A stretch of 64,000 nucleotides of DNA from Octopus sinensis (lineage: Eukaryota): the NCBI RefSeq assembly GCF_006345805.1, contig NC_043005.1, positions 36,456,001-36,520,000 on the forward strand, read 5' to 3'. The notes beneath the pieces are model-generated. The model worked only from the letters and a program-made list of their open reading frames with translations. It was not told the DNA's origin and ran no database searches. Shown here one piece after another: positions 1 to 13,834 of this stretch (position 1 is the stretch's first letter; every line of letters begins with the position of its first letter). The position numbers were made by a program, and so were the translations under genes.

Positions 1-511
1 ACCCATCATTCTTTTGATGCTCTAAGCACGTACTTCGTTTGCATAATGGTTAACCGAGCGCTTTATGTATCTCTATGAATTACTAATTTGAATTCTTTCT
101 AGAAGCAAGGAGCTGGTTTCTAACAAAGGAGCCAAGCTCTAGCGCAGAAATTTGGTTAACAACAATAGATGCCACATACTGAACTTTAGAAATTTCTTGA
201 ATATTTTTTATCGTTCAACTTCCTAAATTTATTTGTAAATTTCGTGTTAGTTTCTACTTCCACATGAAAATCTTAACTTTGCTAGACTGTGGGGCAGGTA
301 TTTGCTAAAATAGCGAAGAGAACCAATAATCATTGGTATAACTCTAAATTTATAATCAGGTTAGAAGAGCTGCAAAGTTCCAAGTAGTTGTCCTCACGTA
401 TTCTCTTTCTTCAATTGTATAATAATATCTGATTGTCGATACCCGTGGACGGGCTTAATAAAGCAAACTCCTGGTCAAAACCCAAATGGAATTTATATAT
501 ATATGTATATA

Positions 512-867
512 CTAGCAGTATCGCCCGGCGTTGCTCGGGTTTGTAAGGGAAATAATTATAAAGCATTTTTAGAGAGTTATAGCCAAAAAATAGCAAAAAA
601 TGGGGGAAAAAATGATGGTAAATTTTTTTTTGATAGTTAAAAAGGTCGAGTTGCGTCCCCTAGACCATCTGTGGGTTGTGTTTCTGATTGTCGACCCCAT
701 GTCGAATTTATCGATCTTTTTCAGAACTGGGGGAACTTTTCAAAATTTTCGCTGCGTTAGTTTTGAATTATGACATTGGGCTATGTGTGTGTCAAGTTTC
801 ATCAGAATCGGTTGAAAGCCGTGGTCAGGGTGAGGGTACAACCAACAGACACACAGACAAACTGCCG

Positions 868-875
<8 letters not shown>
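512..875 (-). mobile_element. Non-autonomous Helitron-like element
   Basis: The minus strand ends ...ACCCGAGCAACGCCGGGCGATACTG-CTAG|T: a GC-rich hairpin about 9 nt before a terminal CTAG, followed by T (Helitron 3' signature). The 5' end merges into (TA)n after a GTCT-like stretch. Confidence 0.65.
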
Positions 876-1256
<381 letters not shown>

Positions 1257-1349
1257 TTCATATATGAATAACGCATAGTCTAATGACTAATTCGTCTTTT
1301 GTCTAGGTCACTGGTAATAATAATTTATTTTTATTACCCTATTTACTAT

Positions 1350-1387
<38 letters not shown>

Positions 1388-1435
1388 TATATACACATAC
1401 ACATGCATGTATATGTATGCTTAAATATATATATC

Positions 1436-1652
1436 CGAGGGGGCACTTGAAAGTTCCTTGCTTTGGGTAAAAGTAAATACAGGAAGATCAATTAATTATG
1501 ATCTTATTCAACATATTTCCCTCTCAGATTCACACACTTAATGCAGCGGTCCTTCAGATTTGCTAAGCCCTGTGCAAAAACTCGGAAGGCTGGGTCTCCA
1601 GCCATGCCTTTCGTGACACCCTTAAAGCAAGGAGCTTTACAGCACCCGCTCG
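1436..1652 (-). mobile_element. Internally deleted mariner element (MITE-size)
   Basis: Imperfect ~29-bp TIRs (CGAGGGGGCACTTGAAAGTTCCTTGCTTT / AAAGCAAGGAGCTTTACAGCACCCGCTCG). The minus strand encodes, with one frameshift, AWLETQPSEF-AQGLANLKDRCIKCVNLRGKYVE*, matching the mariner transposase C-terminus pattern (RWxKCIxxxGxYVE). Confidence 0.8.
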
Positions 1653-2204
1653 TGTGTACAAATACACACACACATACATCTATGTATATGTGTGTGTATA
1701 TGTGCGTGTGTGTGTACGTATATATGTATGCATATATATAAATATATGTGTGTGTATATCTATATATAGATAGATATGCATATATATATATACATATGTG
1801 TATATATATTTGTGTGTATGTGCGTATAAAGCTGCTTATAAGTACGTGTGTATATTTTTATAGCCGTAGGTTAGGGTGTGTTCTCAATACACTAGTTTCA
1901 CCCTCATCTATGCTATATCTTGCCAAGATATCATTTATACGTAAATAGAAGACACGTATAATCACGAAGACACAAGCACACACACACACACACAAACACA
2001 CAGAGACATATACACACGCAGTTCCAGTTTGCTGACGTCACATCGACGGATTATTTACAGTGCAAACAGTTAGTCCCATCTCGATTGTACGTTATCGCTT
2101 CTTACCGCTTACCTTTTGCTCCTTCAGATATTCACCAAAACATCACCAGCATCTCATCACTACAGCCTTTTTTTGTCCGTCGTAGTCATGGTTGTCATCT
2201 TCAT

Positions 2205-2430
2205 CTGTGTCATCATCATCACCACCACCACCACCACCACCACCACCACCACCACCACCACCACCATCGCCGCCGCCGCTTTGCCGCCGCCGCCATCACC
2301 ACCGCCGACACCACCACTACCACAACCACCTCCATCACTCCCATCGTAATCTTTATCACTGACATTTTCTTATTATTGTAAGAATCACTTCAAAAGCAGC
2401 AGCAACAGCTGCAGCAGTACCGTCATCGCG

Positions 2431-2486
<56 letters not shown>

Positions 2487-2550
2487 CACCACCACCACCA
2501 TCGCCACTACTACTACTACTACTACTACTACGACGACGACGACGACGACT
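2205..2550. repeat. Compound trinucleotide repeats (CAT/CAC/CGC/TAC/GAC)
   Basis: Direct inspection; source of poly-His/Thr/Ser ORF artefacts. Confidence 0.95.
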
Positions 2551-2599
2551 GTCAAAAAAGGCATGATAGCCTACTCTCACATTTCCTCACATGTTAATA

Positions 2600-3130
2600 A
2601 CACTCTTCAGGAAAGTTTTATCAAAATTCGAACCACCAAACACATCCAGACTTCAATTGTGACTCTATACTTCCTTATTCGTCATCTGCGAGTAAAAACT
2701 GTACAAACTTTGCTGCAACTCGATGCATCTTCATTTTTTTTTTCTTTTCAAACCATGCCATACAATTTCTTACAGACGCTTTCTTCCTGGCATTCAGGCA
2801 ACAATTTTCACGGACCACAGCACATAGTTTTAAATCGTAACCGATTGTTGATATAGAAGATCAATCAGATTTGAAATCCCTTTCCAGGCTATCATGTTTT
2901 TCATTTCAGAACTGTGGTTCCACTCTTGACATTGTGTGAAGCCTAAACAGTCCAGACCATAATCTGGTGCCACACTAAAAAAATGTAGACTTCAAAACAA
3001 CTTCTGATCTGATTAAGCATCCATAAATATTTGTGGCACTTGTTAAGTCCTTCATTGTTTGATCTACGATAAAAAGCGAAAACATAAGTTCAACTAAGCG
3101 CTTATAGATCGATGGCTCACTGACGTGACA
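2600..3130 (-). pseudogene. Degraded mariner transposase N-terminal half
   Basis: Minus-strand fragments DYGLDCLGFTQCQEW (cf. AYGxxCLSRTQCYEW) and MHRVAAKFVQFLLADE (cf. MRRVAAKFVPRLLT); multiple stops and frameshifts. Confidence 0.6.
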
Positions 3131-3202
3131 CAATGATGATGAACTTCAAGGTCATGTGTGTGTGTGTGTGTGTGTGGTGTGTGTGTGTGTGTGTGTGTGT
3201 GT

Positions 3203-3528
3203 GAAGGCGCATGGTTAGAGCGTCGAGCTTACGATCGCGAGGTTGTGAGTTCGAATCCCGGACCGGACTGCCTGTTGTGTTCTTGAGCAAGCCCCTTCAT
3301 TTCACGTTGTTCCAGTTCACTCAGCTGTAGAAATGAGTTGCGACGTCATAGGTGCCAAGCTGTATCGGCCTTTACCTTTCCCTTGGATAACATCGGTGGC
3401 GTGGAGAGGGGAGGCCGGTATGCATGGGCGACTGCTGGTCTTCCATAAACAACCTTGCTCGGACTTGTGCCTGGGAGGGTAACATTCTAGGTGCAATGCC
3501 ATGGTCAGTCATGACCGAAGGGGGTTTC
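3203..3528 (+). mobile_element. tRNA-derived SINE, family A
   Basis: A/B-box-like head (TGGTTAGAGCG...GAGTTCGAATCCC); body is homologous to the minus-strand copies at 19890-20145 and 20660-20915. Confidence 0.85.
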
Positions 3529-3550
3529 AGAACACATACATACATACATT

Positions 3551-3581
<31 letters not shown>

Positions 3582-3591
3582 ACACACACAC

Positions 3592-3632
<41 letters not shown>

Positions 3633-3647
3633 ATATATATATATATA

Positions 3648-3895
<248 letters not shown>

Positions 3896-3939
3896 TTATA
3901 TTTAAATGTGTGCGTGTGTGTTTGTATTAATATTTATCT

Positions 3940-4135
3940 CCACCACTGCTTCACAACCGGTGTTGAAGGCTTTTATGTCCCCGTAACTTAGCAATTCGGC
4001 AAAAGATACCAACAGAGTAAGTACCAAGCTTAAAAATACAAAAATGTAATCTGGGTCGATTCGTTCAACAAAAATTCTCCAAGGTGGAATCCCAACAAGT
4101 TCACACTCTAATGAATGAAACAAGTAAAAATAGAT
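3940..4135 (+). mobile_element. SINE family C, 3' fragment
   Basis: Homologous to the 3' half of 61555-61953 (CAACCGGTG...GTCCCCGTAACTTAGC...GAAACAAGTAAAA). Confidence 0.75.
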
Positions 4136-4399
4136 GAAAAAAAGATATAAATACACGTTCTTTGTTATATTTATGTAACATTATACTATGCTGTGTGTTT
4201 GTATACACATATGCTGCCATATAATATATATATATATATATATGTGAATACAAACACACACACACACACATAAATGTGTCTGTCTGTGTGTAACCATTTA
4301 AAATATACGCAAGAATTATATAAAAAATATGTAGGTAATAAAGCATAAATGTAGACATTTAGGAATTTCAGATATTTAAAAATTAATATATTTAACAAT

Positions 4400-5160
4400 C
4401 ATTCGCTTCAGCTCTCACCACACACATATACAAATACACTGTGTGTGGGTGTTACTCTTCCTCGTAGTGTATGTGTGCGAGGGTCTGTTAGACACATGGT
4501 GTTCATATGTTATGGACCACCACGCTTGAGTATATACAAGAAGTTCAGAAGAAATAATGCCTTGTCCTAACTATAAAACTGATCAAAACTACGTATAAGG
4601 AAGGTATCGGCTCTGAAGCAAGGAGTCATAGAACCTGAATGGTTGCTTTTTTTCATGTCCACAGGGATTTGTATTTGGTATTGCGTATTTACGGAATTTA
4701 CACCTTTCTGCAACGCTGAGTTGTACAAAATCATGATATCTTTCCGGAGTTACAAGGCTAACATCAGTGAAATTTTCTAAGAATGGATTCGAACACAACA
4801 TAGCGCGTATAATGGGTGGAGAGTCGTAGATCAGTCGATAAATATTGCAATTTTCAATTGATTTTATAGTTAAATGTATATATTAGTTATTGTTTTGTCG
4901 GTAGTTTGTAGGGAGGAAAATGGACTTAAACAAAATTAGGGACCTTCCAGCTAGGAGATCAGTGAGGGAGAACAACTAACCTAAATATATAAATAGATCA
5001 ATGTCTTCTAGGAAATCGTCGGTGAGCAGGACGTTTCTAAATCTCCGAGAAGCGGGAACATGTGGATGCGGGAATTTGTGTATTTGGGTAAGATTGTGTG
5101 TGAATTTTAAAGTGCTGGGTGATTTAGAAAATTCAAGTATGAAACCAGATTGTGTGTTCT
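4400..5160 (-). pseudogene. Decayed Penelope-like element, RT C-terminus and linker
   Basis: Minus-strand frames give LNFLNHPAL/KFTHNLTQIHKFP...LLTDDF...IYLG (cf. PLE FLNxxHPxLKFT...LxTDxFxKPTD..YL) and PNTNPCG (cf. GTxPC). Confidence 0.5.
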
Positions 5161-5192
5161 TCTTACTTCTTGCAGCTTACACACACACACAA

Positions 5193-5225
<33 letters not shown>

Positions 5226-5639
5226 CATACAAACACATACGCACGCGCACACTTCCCGACGCGCCGGCGAACACACACACATATATACACACATACACAA
5301 ACACTGTATTCTTGCAAATCTCTGTATTCTTGACCTATTTCACAGTTTCTTCCTATTTTTATCTTACCAAATCATCCATATTCCTTGTATTCCCGTGTTG
5401 CCAATTCAACCATGTCGCTTTTTCCTTTCTTTCTCTTCCATATCATTCTTCACACATCCTACTCCAAATTTCTACACTCCGTATTTCGATCTTACCCGGA
5501 TATTTCATTTCATTTTCCCCAGTTGTTAACCCTCCCACCAACATTCCTCGTTTCATCTCAAGCTCGTCCTCCTATAAATGTAGAACCTCAACTCCGCCTC
5601 TAGGCCCAAAACTCCATATCCAACATCATCGCAAAAGCA

Positions 5640-6056
5640 TAAATACCGCCGTCGACTCCCGCCACCGCCACCACTATCACCGCCGCCTCAACCTCCGCCG
5701 CCACCTCCGTCCCCACCTCCACCCCCACTAGAGACACCACCATCGCCGCCATCACCGCCATCGCCGCCGCCGCCGCCGACCACCACCACCACCACCACCA
5801 CCACCACCACCTCCATCATCACTACCACCACCACCACCACCACCACCACCACCACCACCATCACTACTACTACTACCACCACCACCACCACCACCACCAC
5901 CACCACAACCACAACCACCACCACCACCACCACCACCTCCATCATCACTACCACCACCACCACCACCACCACCACCACCACCAACACCACCACCATCACT
6001 ACTACTACTACCACCACCACCACCACCACCACCACCACCACAACCACAACCACCAC
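5640..6056. repeat. (CAC/CGC/TAC)n compound trinucleotide repeat
   Basis: Direct inspection. Confidence 0.95.
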
Positions 6057-6387
6057 GTTTTATCCATTCAAAATTTGTCTGCAGACGAGTTTAATGTAAT
6101 TATAAATGTATTTAAATAAATATTTTTTTTGGTTTTTCTGATTTCTTTTCGTTGTTTTTCATGTTTCTTATTTATTTATTTGCCTGATTACTAAATTTTT
6201 ACTATGTCTTCTTGAGATTATCGCAAAAATACCATAGTCGAAGACAGCGAGAGAGAAAGAGAGAGAGGGAGAGAGAGAGAGAGGGGGGAGAGAGAGAGAC
6301 AAACAGACACTGAAAAATTGATAGATAGAGAGCAGTGTACCTCTGAAGATATATATTGTCTGTATATATATATACACACACACATGC

Positions 6388-6444
<57 letters not shown>

Positions 6445-6565
6445 TATGCACTTATAAATATATATGTCTATCTATATATACATAATATGCATTTATATAC
6501 ATATTGATATAGACATAGATGGAACACACATACTGGTTTGTGTGTACGTATATGTATGCGTGTGT

Positions 6566-6614
<49 letters not shown>

Positions 6615-6803
6615 ATTCATATTGACGTAGAGAAAGAGAGAGTGAGAGAGAGAGAGAGAAAGAGGGAGAGAAGTACGAGATTAAGACGGAAATATTTAGA
6701 CGTAGGCAGAAACCTATAGAGGTGAAAAGATCAGCTCACATAGTGTATGACCATATATACGTCTCACTTTTTCTCTCCCCCTCTCTCTGTATTTACGTAT
6801 ATT

Positions 6804-6899
<96 letters not shown>

Positions 6900-6905
6900 T
6901 ATATG

Positions 6906-6936
<31 letters not shown>

Positions 6937-7735
6937 TATGTATATATATATACATACATATATATATACACACATATATATACACATGCACACGTATACA
7001 TACTGTTAAATCTATGTCTACGCACGCGAACGCGTGCGCAAAGTATGTGTATATGTAGGAGAGATAATGCGTGTAACGATTTAGAGGTAAGTCAAATAAT
7101 CTAAGAGAGCAACACAAAAAAATAGGAAAATATATATATATATATTCATGTGTATACAACACATGTTTGCCTGTATATATGTGAGTGTTTTGTGTATATG
7201 TTTATATCATGTGCTTGCTGTCTCTCTCCCCTTCCGTCTCTCTTCCTCTTTATGTATATTGTCAGTCATACATATATAAATGCGTACGTACCTAAATACA
7301 TACATCCAACAAGTATACCTACATATGCGTACACATAAACTCTGTATTTTTTTCTATTTGTAAAGATTAAAACTAAAATCAAATGAAGCTAAAAACATAG
7401 AAACTAGAACAGCGAAAAGAAGAACGCAATTACATCGCTCAGAGTCTTCGTATTGCGATAGGAATGTAGAAGAAAATAAGAGTTGAGGACAGTATTTTTA
7501 TATACCGATGAGGAAAATCTCAACTTCAGACAAGGATATCATCATCGTTGTCGTCATTGTACTACTCCTCGTTGACATTGTCATCATTATCATCGCCATT
7601 ATCATGTCGTCGTGTTCATCGTCGACATTATCATTATTATCATTGGAGTCGTCATCATCGCTGTTATTGTCAGAATCGTTGTCATCAACATAAACAACAG
7701 TGGCTCAGTTACAATGCTTTTATCAGGTCCTCTCT

Positions 7736-8350
7736 GTGGTGGCAAGCTCGCAGAACCGTTAGCACGCCGGGCAAAAATGCTTAGCGGTATTTCGTCCGTC
7801 TTTACGTTCTGAGTTCAAATTCCGCTGAGGTCGACTTTGCCTTTCATCTTTTCGGGTTCGATAAATTCAGTACCAGTTACGCACTGGGGTCGATATAATC
7901 AACTTAATCCGTTTGTCTGTCCTTGTTTGTCCTCTCTGTGTTTAGCCCCTTGTGGGTAGTAAAGAAATAGGTATTTCGTCTGCCGCTACATTCTGAGTTC
8001 AAATCTCGTCGAGGTCGACTTTGCCTTTCATCCTTACGGGGTCGATAAATTAAGTACCAGTTACGCACTGGGGTCGATGTAATTGACTTAATCCCTTTGT
8101 CTGTCCTTGTTTCTTCCCTCTATGTTTAGCCCCTTGTGGGCAATACAGAAATAAGAACCGTTAGCACGCCGGGCAAAATGCTTAGCGATTTTCGCCCGTC
8201 TTTAAGTTCTGAGTTCAAATTCCGTCGAGGTCGACTTTGCCTTTAATCCTTTCAGATCAATAAAATAAATACTAGTGAAACACTGGGGTCAATAAAATCA
8301 ACTAGTCCCCTCCCACAAAATTCCAGGCCTTGTGCCTTCAGTAGAAATAA
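7736..8350 (+). mobile_element. Tandem trimer of SINE family B (two B2-tail units plus one B1-tail unit)
   Basis: Three repeats of GTTCTGAGTTCAAAT...GAGGTCGACTTTGCCTTT. Units 1-2 end TTTAGCCCCTTGTGGG..AGAAATA; unit 3 ends GGCCTTGTGCC..TAGAAATAATAATT. The head AACCGTTAGCACGCCGGGCAAAA occurs near 7755 and near 8157. Confidence 0.9.
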
Positions 8351-8964
8351 TAATTATTAAGTACTATAGGGTGGCGAATTGGCAGAATCTTTTCTTTTCT
8401 TTCATTCACGAATTTCATGTTATAAGAATCACATTATTCAACGTGTCCATGATACGAATGAAATTTAACTGCTATTTCAAGCTGTTTGAATGACGATATA
8501 GAAGTTCATTGTTGTTGTTGTTGTTGTTGTCCTTGATGCTGTTCGTTTTCCTATTACGATGTCGTTTTTGTATTTGGTTCTCAAAATCCAAATGTATATT
8601 TTATTTAAAAAAAAATATACATAAACAAACAGATACATAACAAAATAAATAAATAAATAAACAAGTAAATGCATTTTCCGGTTGGTTTCATGATTTCTTA
8701 CAAAAGATCTCATCTGATAAAAAATCATTACAGAATGAATTGTGGTTGTTGTTTAGTGAAGTCTACCATAGTGAACTTTACTGTATAATAGTAGCATGCA
8801 GCCTACCATTGAAGACTAGTTCGAAAAGTACTTTAGTTACACAAAAATCAATGTGACTCAAGCATTTTAATAGCAGTAGGGGCTTCATCTGATGTATATT
8901 TAACATAATTTCGTGAAATATAATACAGACTGTCTGGTAATCCATCGAAATATGCAGTGTCTAA

Positions 8965-9187
8965 TGATTATAGGTTCCAAATTCCGGTAAAAGGCTAACA
9001 ATTTAGGTGGAAGGGAATAAGTCGATTACATCGACCCCAGTGCACAAATCGTACTTATTTCATCGACTCCGACAGCATGAAAGGCAAAGTCGATCCTGGC
9101 AAGAATTTGAACTGAAAACGTAAAGGCGGAGGAAATGCTGCTAATTACTTTTCCTGGCGTGCTAACGATTCTGCCAGATCACCGGCT
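8965..9187 (-). mobile_element. SINE family B
   Basis: Reverse complement of the family B head and body (GCGTGCTAACGATTCTGCCAG; GAAAGGCAAAGTCGA). Confidence 0.85.
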
Positions 9188-10029
9188 TAATGTCGTGTAA
9201 TTATCAAGTGTGTGTGTGTGTATGTACTACGTTGTCAAATAATTCATTTGGGTATGAGACCATTTCTGCAAAACAGTTTTGGCACCGTTTATTTGGCATC
9301 GCTGATTCGATGCTGACTTATTTGACATCAGACGTTTTCATGTTTCCTCCCTTTGTAATGTTTCTCTCTTCTTCCTTTTCGCCCTACTCTCTCCATTTAT
9401 TGCGCGCGCGCGTATTTATCGTTATGCGTACGAGGAGAAGGAAAATATTTAGTCACTCATATTCAGTCAATAAATTATAATGTCTCTCTTTTTCTCTCAT
9501 GCCCACTCATTCTGTTAGAATACTTCTGTTGTGTGTGTTTGTTTCTAGTGCTAAAAAAAATTACTGTCTCTAAAAAAGAAAGTGCTGAATGCCCAGTCAT
9601 CCGTGCCAAATTGTCAACGTCAACATAGTTACACCCTGTTTTCTCATTCCGTCCTTATTTAAATTATATCAATGTTGTTGTTGAACCCGAGTCAAAGCAT
9701 TTAGAACTGTCTCTCCAGATGCGTCTCGGAAGTCGCAATGACACTGGCATTAAAGCGTTTATGTTATCTTGCAGTATATGTTCTGACCTCTGCACCCTGT
9801 GTTCAAATCTAGCTGAAGAAAACTTTGGTTTTCACTATTTTGGGGACGAAAACTATCTAGCCAATACACTTGCCTTCTTTTTCTCATTCACTCGGAATTG
9901 GTTAAAATCGGTGAGATGATGGCTGGCAAAATAAATAAACAAATAAATAAAAATTAAAACAGCGGAAGGTAACAGCAAGCCATTGTCTTTCGTATTCTCC
10001 CTCGAAGCTTCCGGAGCCAAATATGCTAT

Positions 10030-10200
10030 GGCTTCAAAGTCATCAATTTTTGAGAGGGAAGAGATTGGTCAATAACATCGACCGAAATACTTGAGTGGTG
10101 TATAATTTTTATCGATCATCGAGTGATGAAATGAGATTTGTTGAGAGCCGGAAAAAGCCGCTAAGCATTTTGTCCGGTGCTCTAACGATTCTGCCAATTG
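10030..10200 (-). mobile_element. SINE family B, degenerate
   Basis: CCGCTAAGCATTTTGTCCGGTGCTCTAACGATTCTGCCA matches the family B head. Confidence 0.7.
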
Positions 10201-10356
10201 TTCTCTTTTTTACGTTTCTCCAATATCGTGTGCAGCGGCGAGAGCTTATATAATAGATACTACATATATATAGATATGGTAGTGCTGTATATGTTTGTGT
10301 GAATAAGAGAGAAGTTATTTCGTGTTTGTATTTGGTTTGCAAATACAGGGTAGACT

Positions 10357-10397
<41 letters not shown>

Positions 10398-12539
10398 ATT
10401 GAAGAGGTCACGAAAAACCTTTGACTAACGAAAATCCGACTGATTGTTAACCAGCACATTAAACAAACGATCGATTAGTGAGTTGGTTAAATATTTAACC
10501 AATTGATTAACAATAAAGAAGGGATTTTGAACTAGCGCGTGTGCTATTATTATTGGCGTAATGAGCGCCCTAAGACACATGAAGGGGAATTATTGTTTTC
10601 ATAAATATTCATTTCATAAATATCTTTGTTGTTCTGAAGAGGCAGAGGCCATGCCGTTTCTAAAGTTTTCTCAAGGTTTCTTCAGGTTTTCTTTAGCTTT
10701 CTCGAGCAGATGATCACATGACTTGCTGAATGCGTGGGTAGTTAATGTTTCGTTTCAATTGTAATCTATTTTTGTTCTGTTGTATGTGAGATCTGTATAA
10801 GTTGAACGACAATCTGACATTACTGTTCTTGACTACCCCATTTTTACCTTATTTAAAACAATATGTGTAAGATTAGTATCGTATTACCCAGTCTGTCCTG
10901 CCTTCTAAAATTATAAGATTTGACTTAAAGATGATTTGGATAATGCTTCCTTCTACTTCATCGATAAGGCTTATACTTCGTATTCATATGAGTGATTTTG
11001 GTTAGAATGTGAACATACCCTTCTTTATAAAATAGGTGAAGCATTTGCTGTATTCTGTATATTTGTGTATTGAACAAAATAAAATGGATCGTGGAATCTT
11101 CTGTCCCCAGTCGAAGAAAGAAATTAAGGAAAATTTTAGCTGTGGAGTTTGAAGCGAGAATAACTTGTGTATTCTTTATTACTAATTTAGTGTTCGGCAT
11201 AGTCTTGTTTCTTGAAGTATGTGCATTCAAATGTCTGGCATGATTCTCTCAGATACACACATAAAGTTTTTAGTAAGAAATATTTCAGAGAACTTCATTT
11301 AATAACAATGTGCTAATTAGTTGAAATGTGTTTAAACCCGTATCATCTCGGATCGTGCCGGTTTATGTTCAGAGATTTTTCCAGCCATTACCACTTCGAA
11401 TTATTTTCAGGTTTATGATTCGATTTCTTAAGACGGCAAAGAAGGAAGGAGATTGAGCGAAGATTTGGTTGTCATGTGCATGTATGTTTATGAGTTTAAG
11501 TGCCAGCATCACTGTGTGTGAGTATCTAATAAGCAGTGATAATTATTTTTATATTATATGTTTATTTACAACAAACTTAAAGAGATTCCAACGCAAAACA
11601 TAGCAGATTCTATTATCTAAGTGGCAAATCATAAAAAAAATATACTTTACACGATATTTTCAAGTGTTAACAAATGAAAAACAAACTTCAAGATTCTCGT
11701 TGAAATAACGAATGTCCAAAATAAATGATAAATAACGTTTGCACACTGCAAATTCTTCAGTGGATTTTTTTTATCAATAGTTTCTGTTTTTCTCATTGAT
11801 TTAATAGTATATCGTCATTACACTAGCTGAAACAGCAGCATACTGCATTACTAAATAACTTTTCAATTTTCAGCTTGATTCCTCTAAACTGAAATGTCGT
11901 TATCGTTGATTTTACCCTTCATTATGTTGGAGCTGATAAAGTAAATAGCAGTAATATACTGACGTAGATCTAATTTATTTTATCCCCCCGCTTCACTATG
12001 AATTTGTGAAAATTGATTTCCTGGTTAATCGAAACAAGTCAATATTATACTGTAATTGTATTTTCACCAATTTATTCAAATAAGTTTTAGATGTCTACAT
12101 TTTATTTTGAGAGACACCAATTTCTTCAATCAGGAATACTATTTAAATAGATAAATTCTTTATACCTACGGGATGAGAAATATTTATTACTAAAATGTGT
12201 GTTTGTGTGTTTGTTTGTGTGTTTACGTTTGTTTGTGTGTGTGTTTGTGTGTGTGTGTTTGTTTGTGTGTGTGTGTGACGTTTTACCTTTGACCTATAGT
12301 ACACTGTTTGGAATCAAATTCTTCCCGCAGTTCAAAGTATGTGTTTTTACTTAAAATCAGATGATACTTCTTTTTCTCGGATGATGTTCTTATTTCATTT
12401 CACGGATCCTACACTGTGTAAGGGGTGATTTTAAGATTTGTCTAGAAATTTTGATGTACTTTAATATTGAACAGTTTTGAAATGATTTGACTGGAAGAAA
12501 GATTGTTACAATTTACATTGTCGATAGCAATCGCTAAAT

Positions 12540-13050
12540 TAAAGAAAAACAGCTCCAATTGGTTTGGAAGAATGAATAATCAAGGAGTTAGAGCAGAATG
12601 TTATATCAAGCACTGATGGAATAACCAGAAAATGACAACCCCCGATAGCCGTATTGCAGTTGTAACTTACTTTTATCTTTCATTAAAAAATACAGGGTCT
12701 ACCAAGTGCTGTGTTGATTTTATAAACGTGGAAATTTTATTATGCAACAGAGTTCATAAATAGTAGGAATGGGGCTGCTCATTCCTACTTATTTGGTATT
12801 GAAAAACGGATGTGGCAATGTTGTGGCCAAATTACAATAAGACTACAGTATTTAAGATGGAATAAAAATTTCCAAATACTCATTCATATGAATACATAAT
12901 TAAAGGCGACAGTTGTCAGGAAAGATGAATATTATAGAAAGCATAATATCATGTTAGGTATTAAACAGATTTCCTGACATCGCTCTGCCTTTTGCCTTTA
13001 CATAATTACGTCTTCCATTTCGAATATCTTTCGTAGTGGCAGTCACTAAT
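12540..13050 (+). pseudogene. Decayed Ty3/Gypsy reverse transcriptase fragment
   Basis: KNTGSTKCCVDF (cf. KKDGSTRFCVDY), TYLVLKNGCGNV (cf. STLDLKSGYWQV), then a KTT..F segment in collinear order; many stops. Confidence 0.45.
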
Positions 13051-13208
13051 TATCAAGGTCAGTCACTGAGTAAAATAGATATGATCTTTCTAGCAAATTT
13101 ATTTGTACATCAATAAATACAGATATAATGACAATATCGGGACAAAAACAGCTAAAGACTTCGAATATTAAGACTTAATTTTTATATCATCACATTAATT
13201 TAAATAAG

Positions 13209-13261
<53 letters not shown>

Positions 13262-13308
13262 CTCCCAGCCTGTCTGACTGTTTATCTGTAGATATAGGTA
13301 TTTTATTT

Positions 13309-13643
13309 TTATTACCCCACCGCCTTCGCTAAGGCAGAGGTAGTGTATTCAGTCGCGTTTGTTTGTCCGTGGACAAGATATCTCAAGAACCGCTGAATGA
13401 ATTCGGATGAAACTTTCAGGGATATTTGGCCTCGTGTCTGGCACGAGCAGATTAGATTTTGGGATTTTCCCTGCAGTTTTCCTAAAATTTTGAGAGCGGT
13501 CGGGTTCATTTTTCAGTTTCTAGTTTGTGAGAGCAGTCGAGTTTATTTCGGATATTCTAATTTTAAAATCATCTCCGGCTAATCGTTGAGAAGGCGCTGG
13601 TGTTGTATTGACTGAGGTTTGCGCTCTCTGAGTGCCCTTGTTT
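13309..13643 (+). mobile_element. Helentron-associated non-autonomous element (HINE/DINE-1-like)
   Basis: TT-ATTACCCCACCGCC 5' subterminal repeat with hairpin CCGCCTT-CGCT-AAGGCAG, internal GTTTGTTTGTCCGT, 3' GACTGAGGT followed by stem-loop GCGCTC-TCT-GAGTGC and TTGTTT. Confidence 0.7.
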
Positions 13644-13834
13644 TATCTGTTTTTTCATTTTTTAAAATTTATTTGATTCCTCATCAACAATAGCATCGAC
13701 AACTGCTAGAGTAAGGCGAAGCGGCTGCAGACACACTTGTATACTAATGTTGTAGGTTTACCAATCAATCTTCACTTTTGGTATATGTACTTAAGGAAAA
13801 AAAAAGGAAAAGCCGAATACGGTGCTGTAGCATA

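Noticed and set aside
2033-2040. Palindromic CRE site TGACGTCA; also tandem CACGTG E-boxes near 52504
   Set aside because: Short motifs are expected by chance in 64 kb, no promoter or gene context, and the E-boxes lie in a repeat.
4589-4801. 70-aa protein-like ORF MLCSNPFLENF...
   Set aside because: Better explained as part of the decayed Penelope linker region.
7736-8350. Repeat-spacer appearance suggesting a CRISPR-like array
   Set aside because: Eukaryotic DNA; the units are ~200-bp SINE copies with homologous, not unique, intervening sequence.
12758-12794. Hairpin AGTAGGAATG-GGGCTGCT-CATTCCTACT
   Set aside because: Too short for a pre-miRNA, lies inside the Gypsy RT remnant, and has no Helitron CTRR end nearby.
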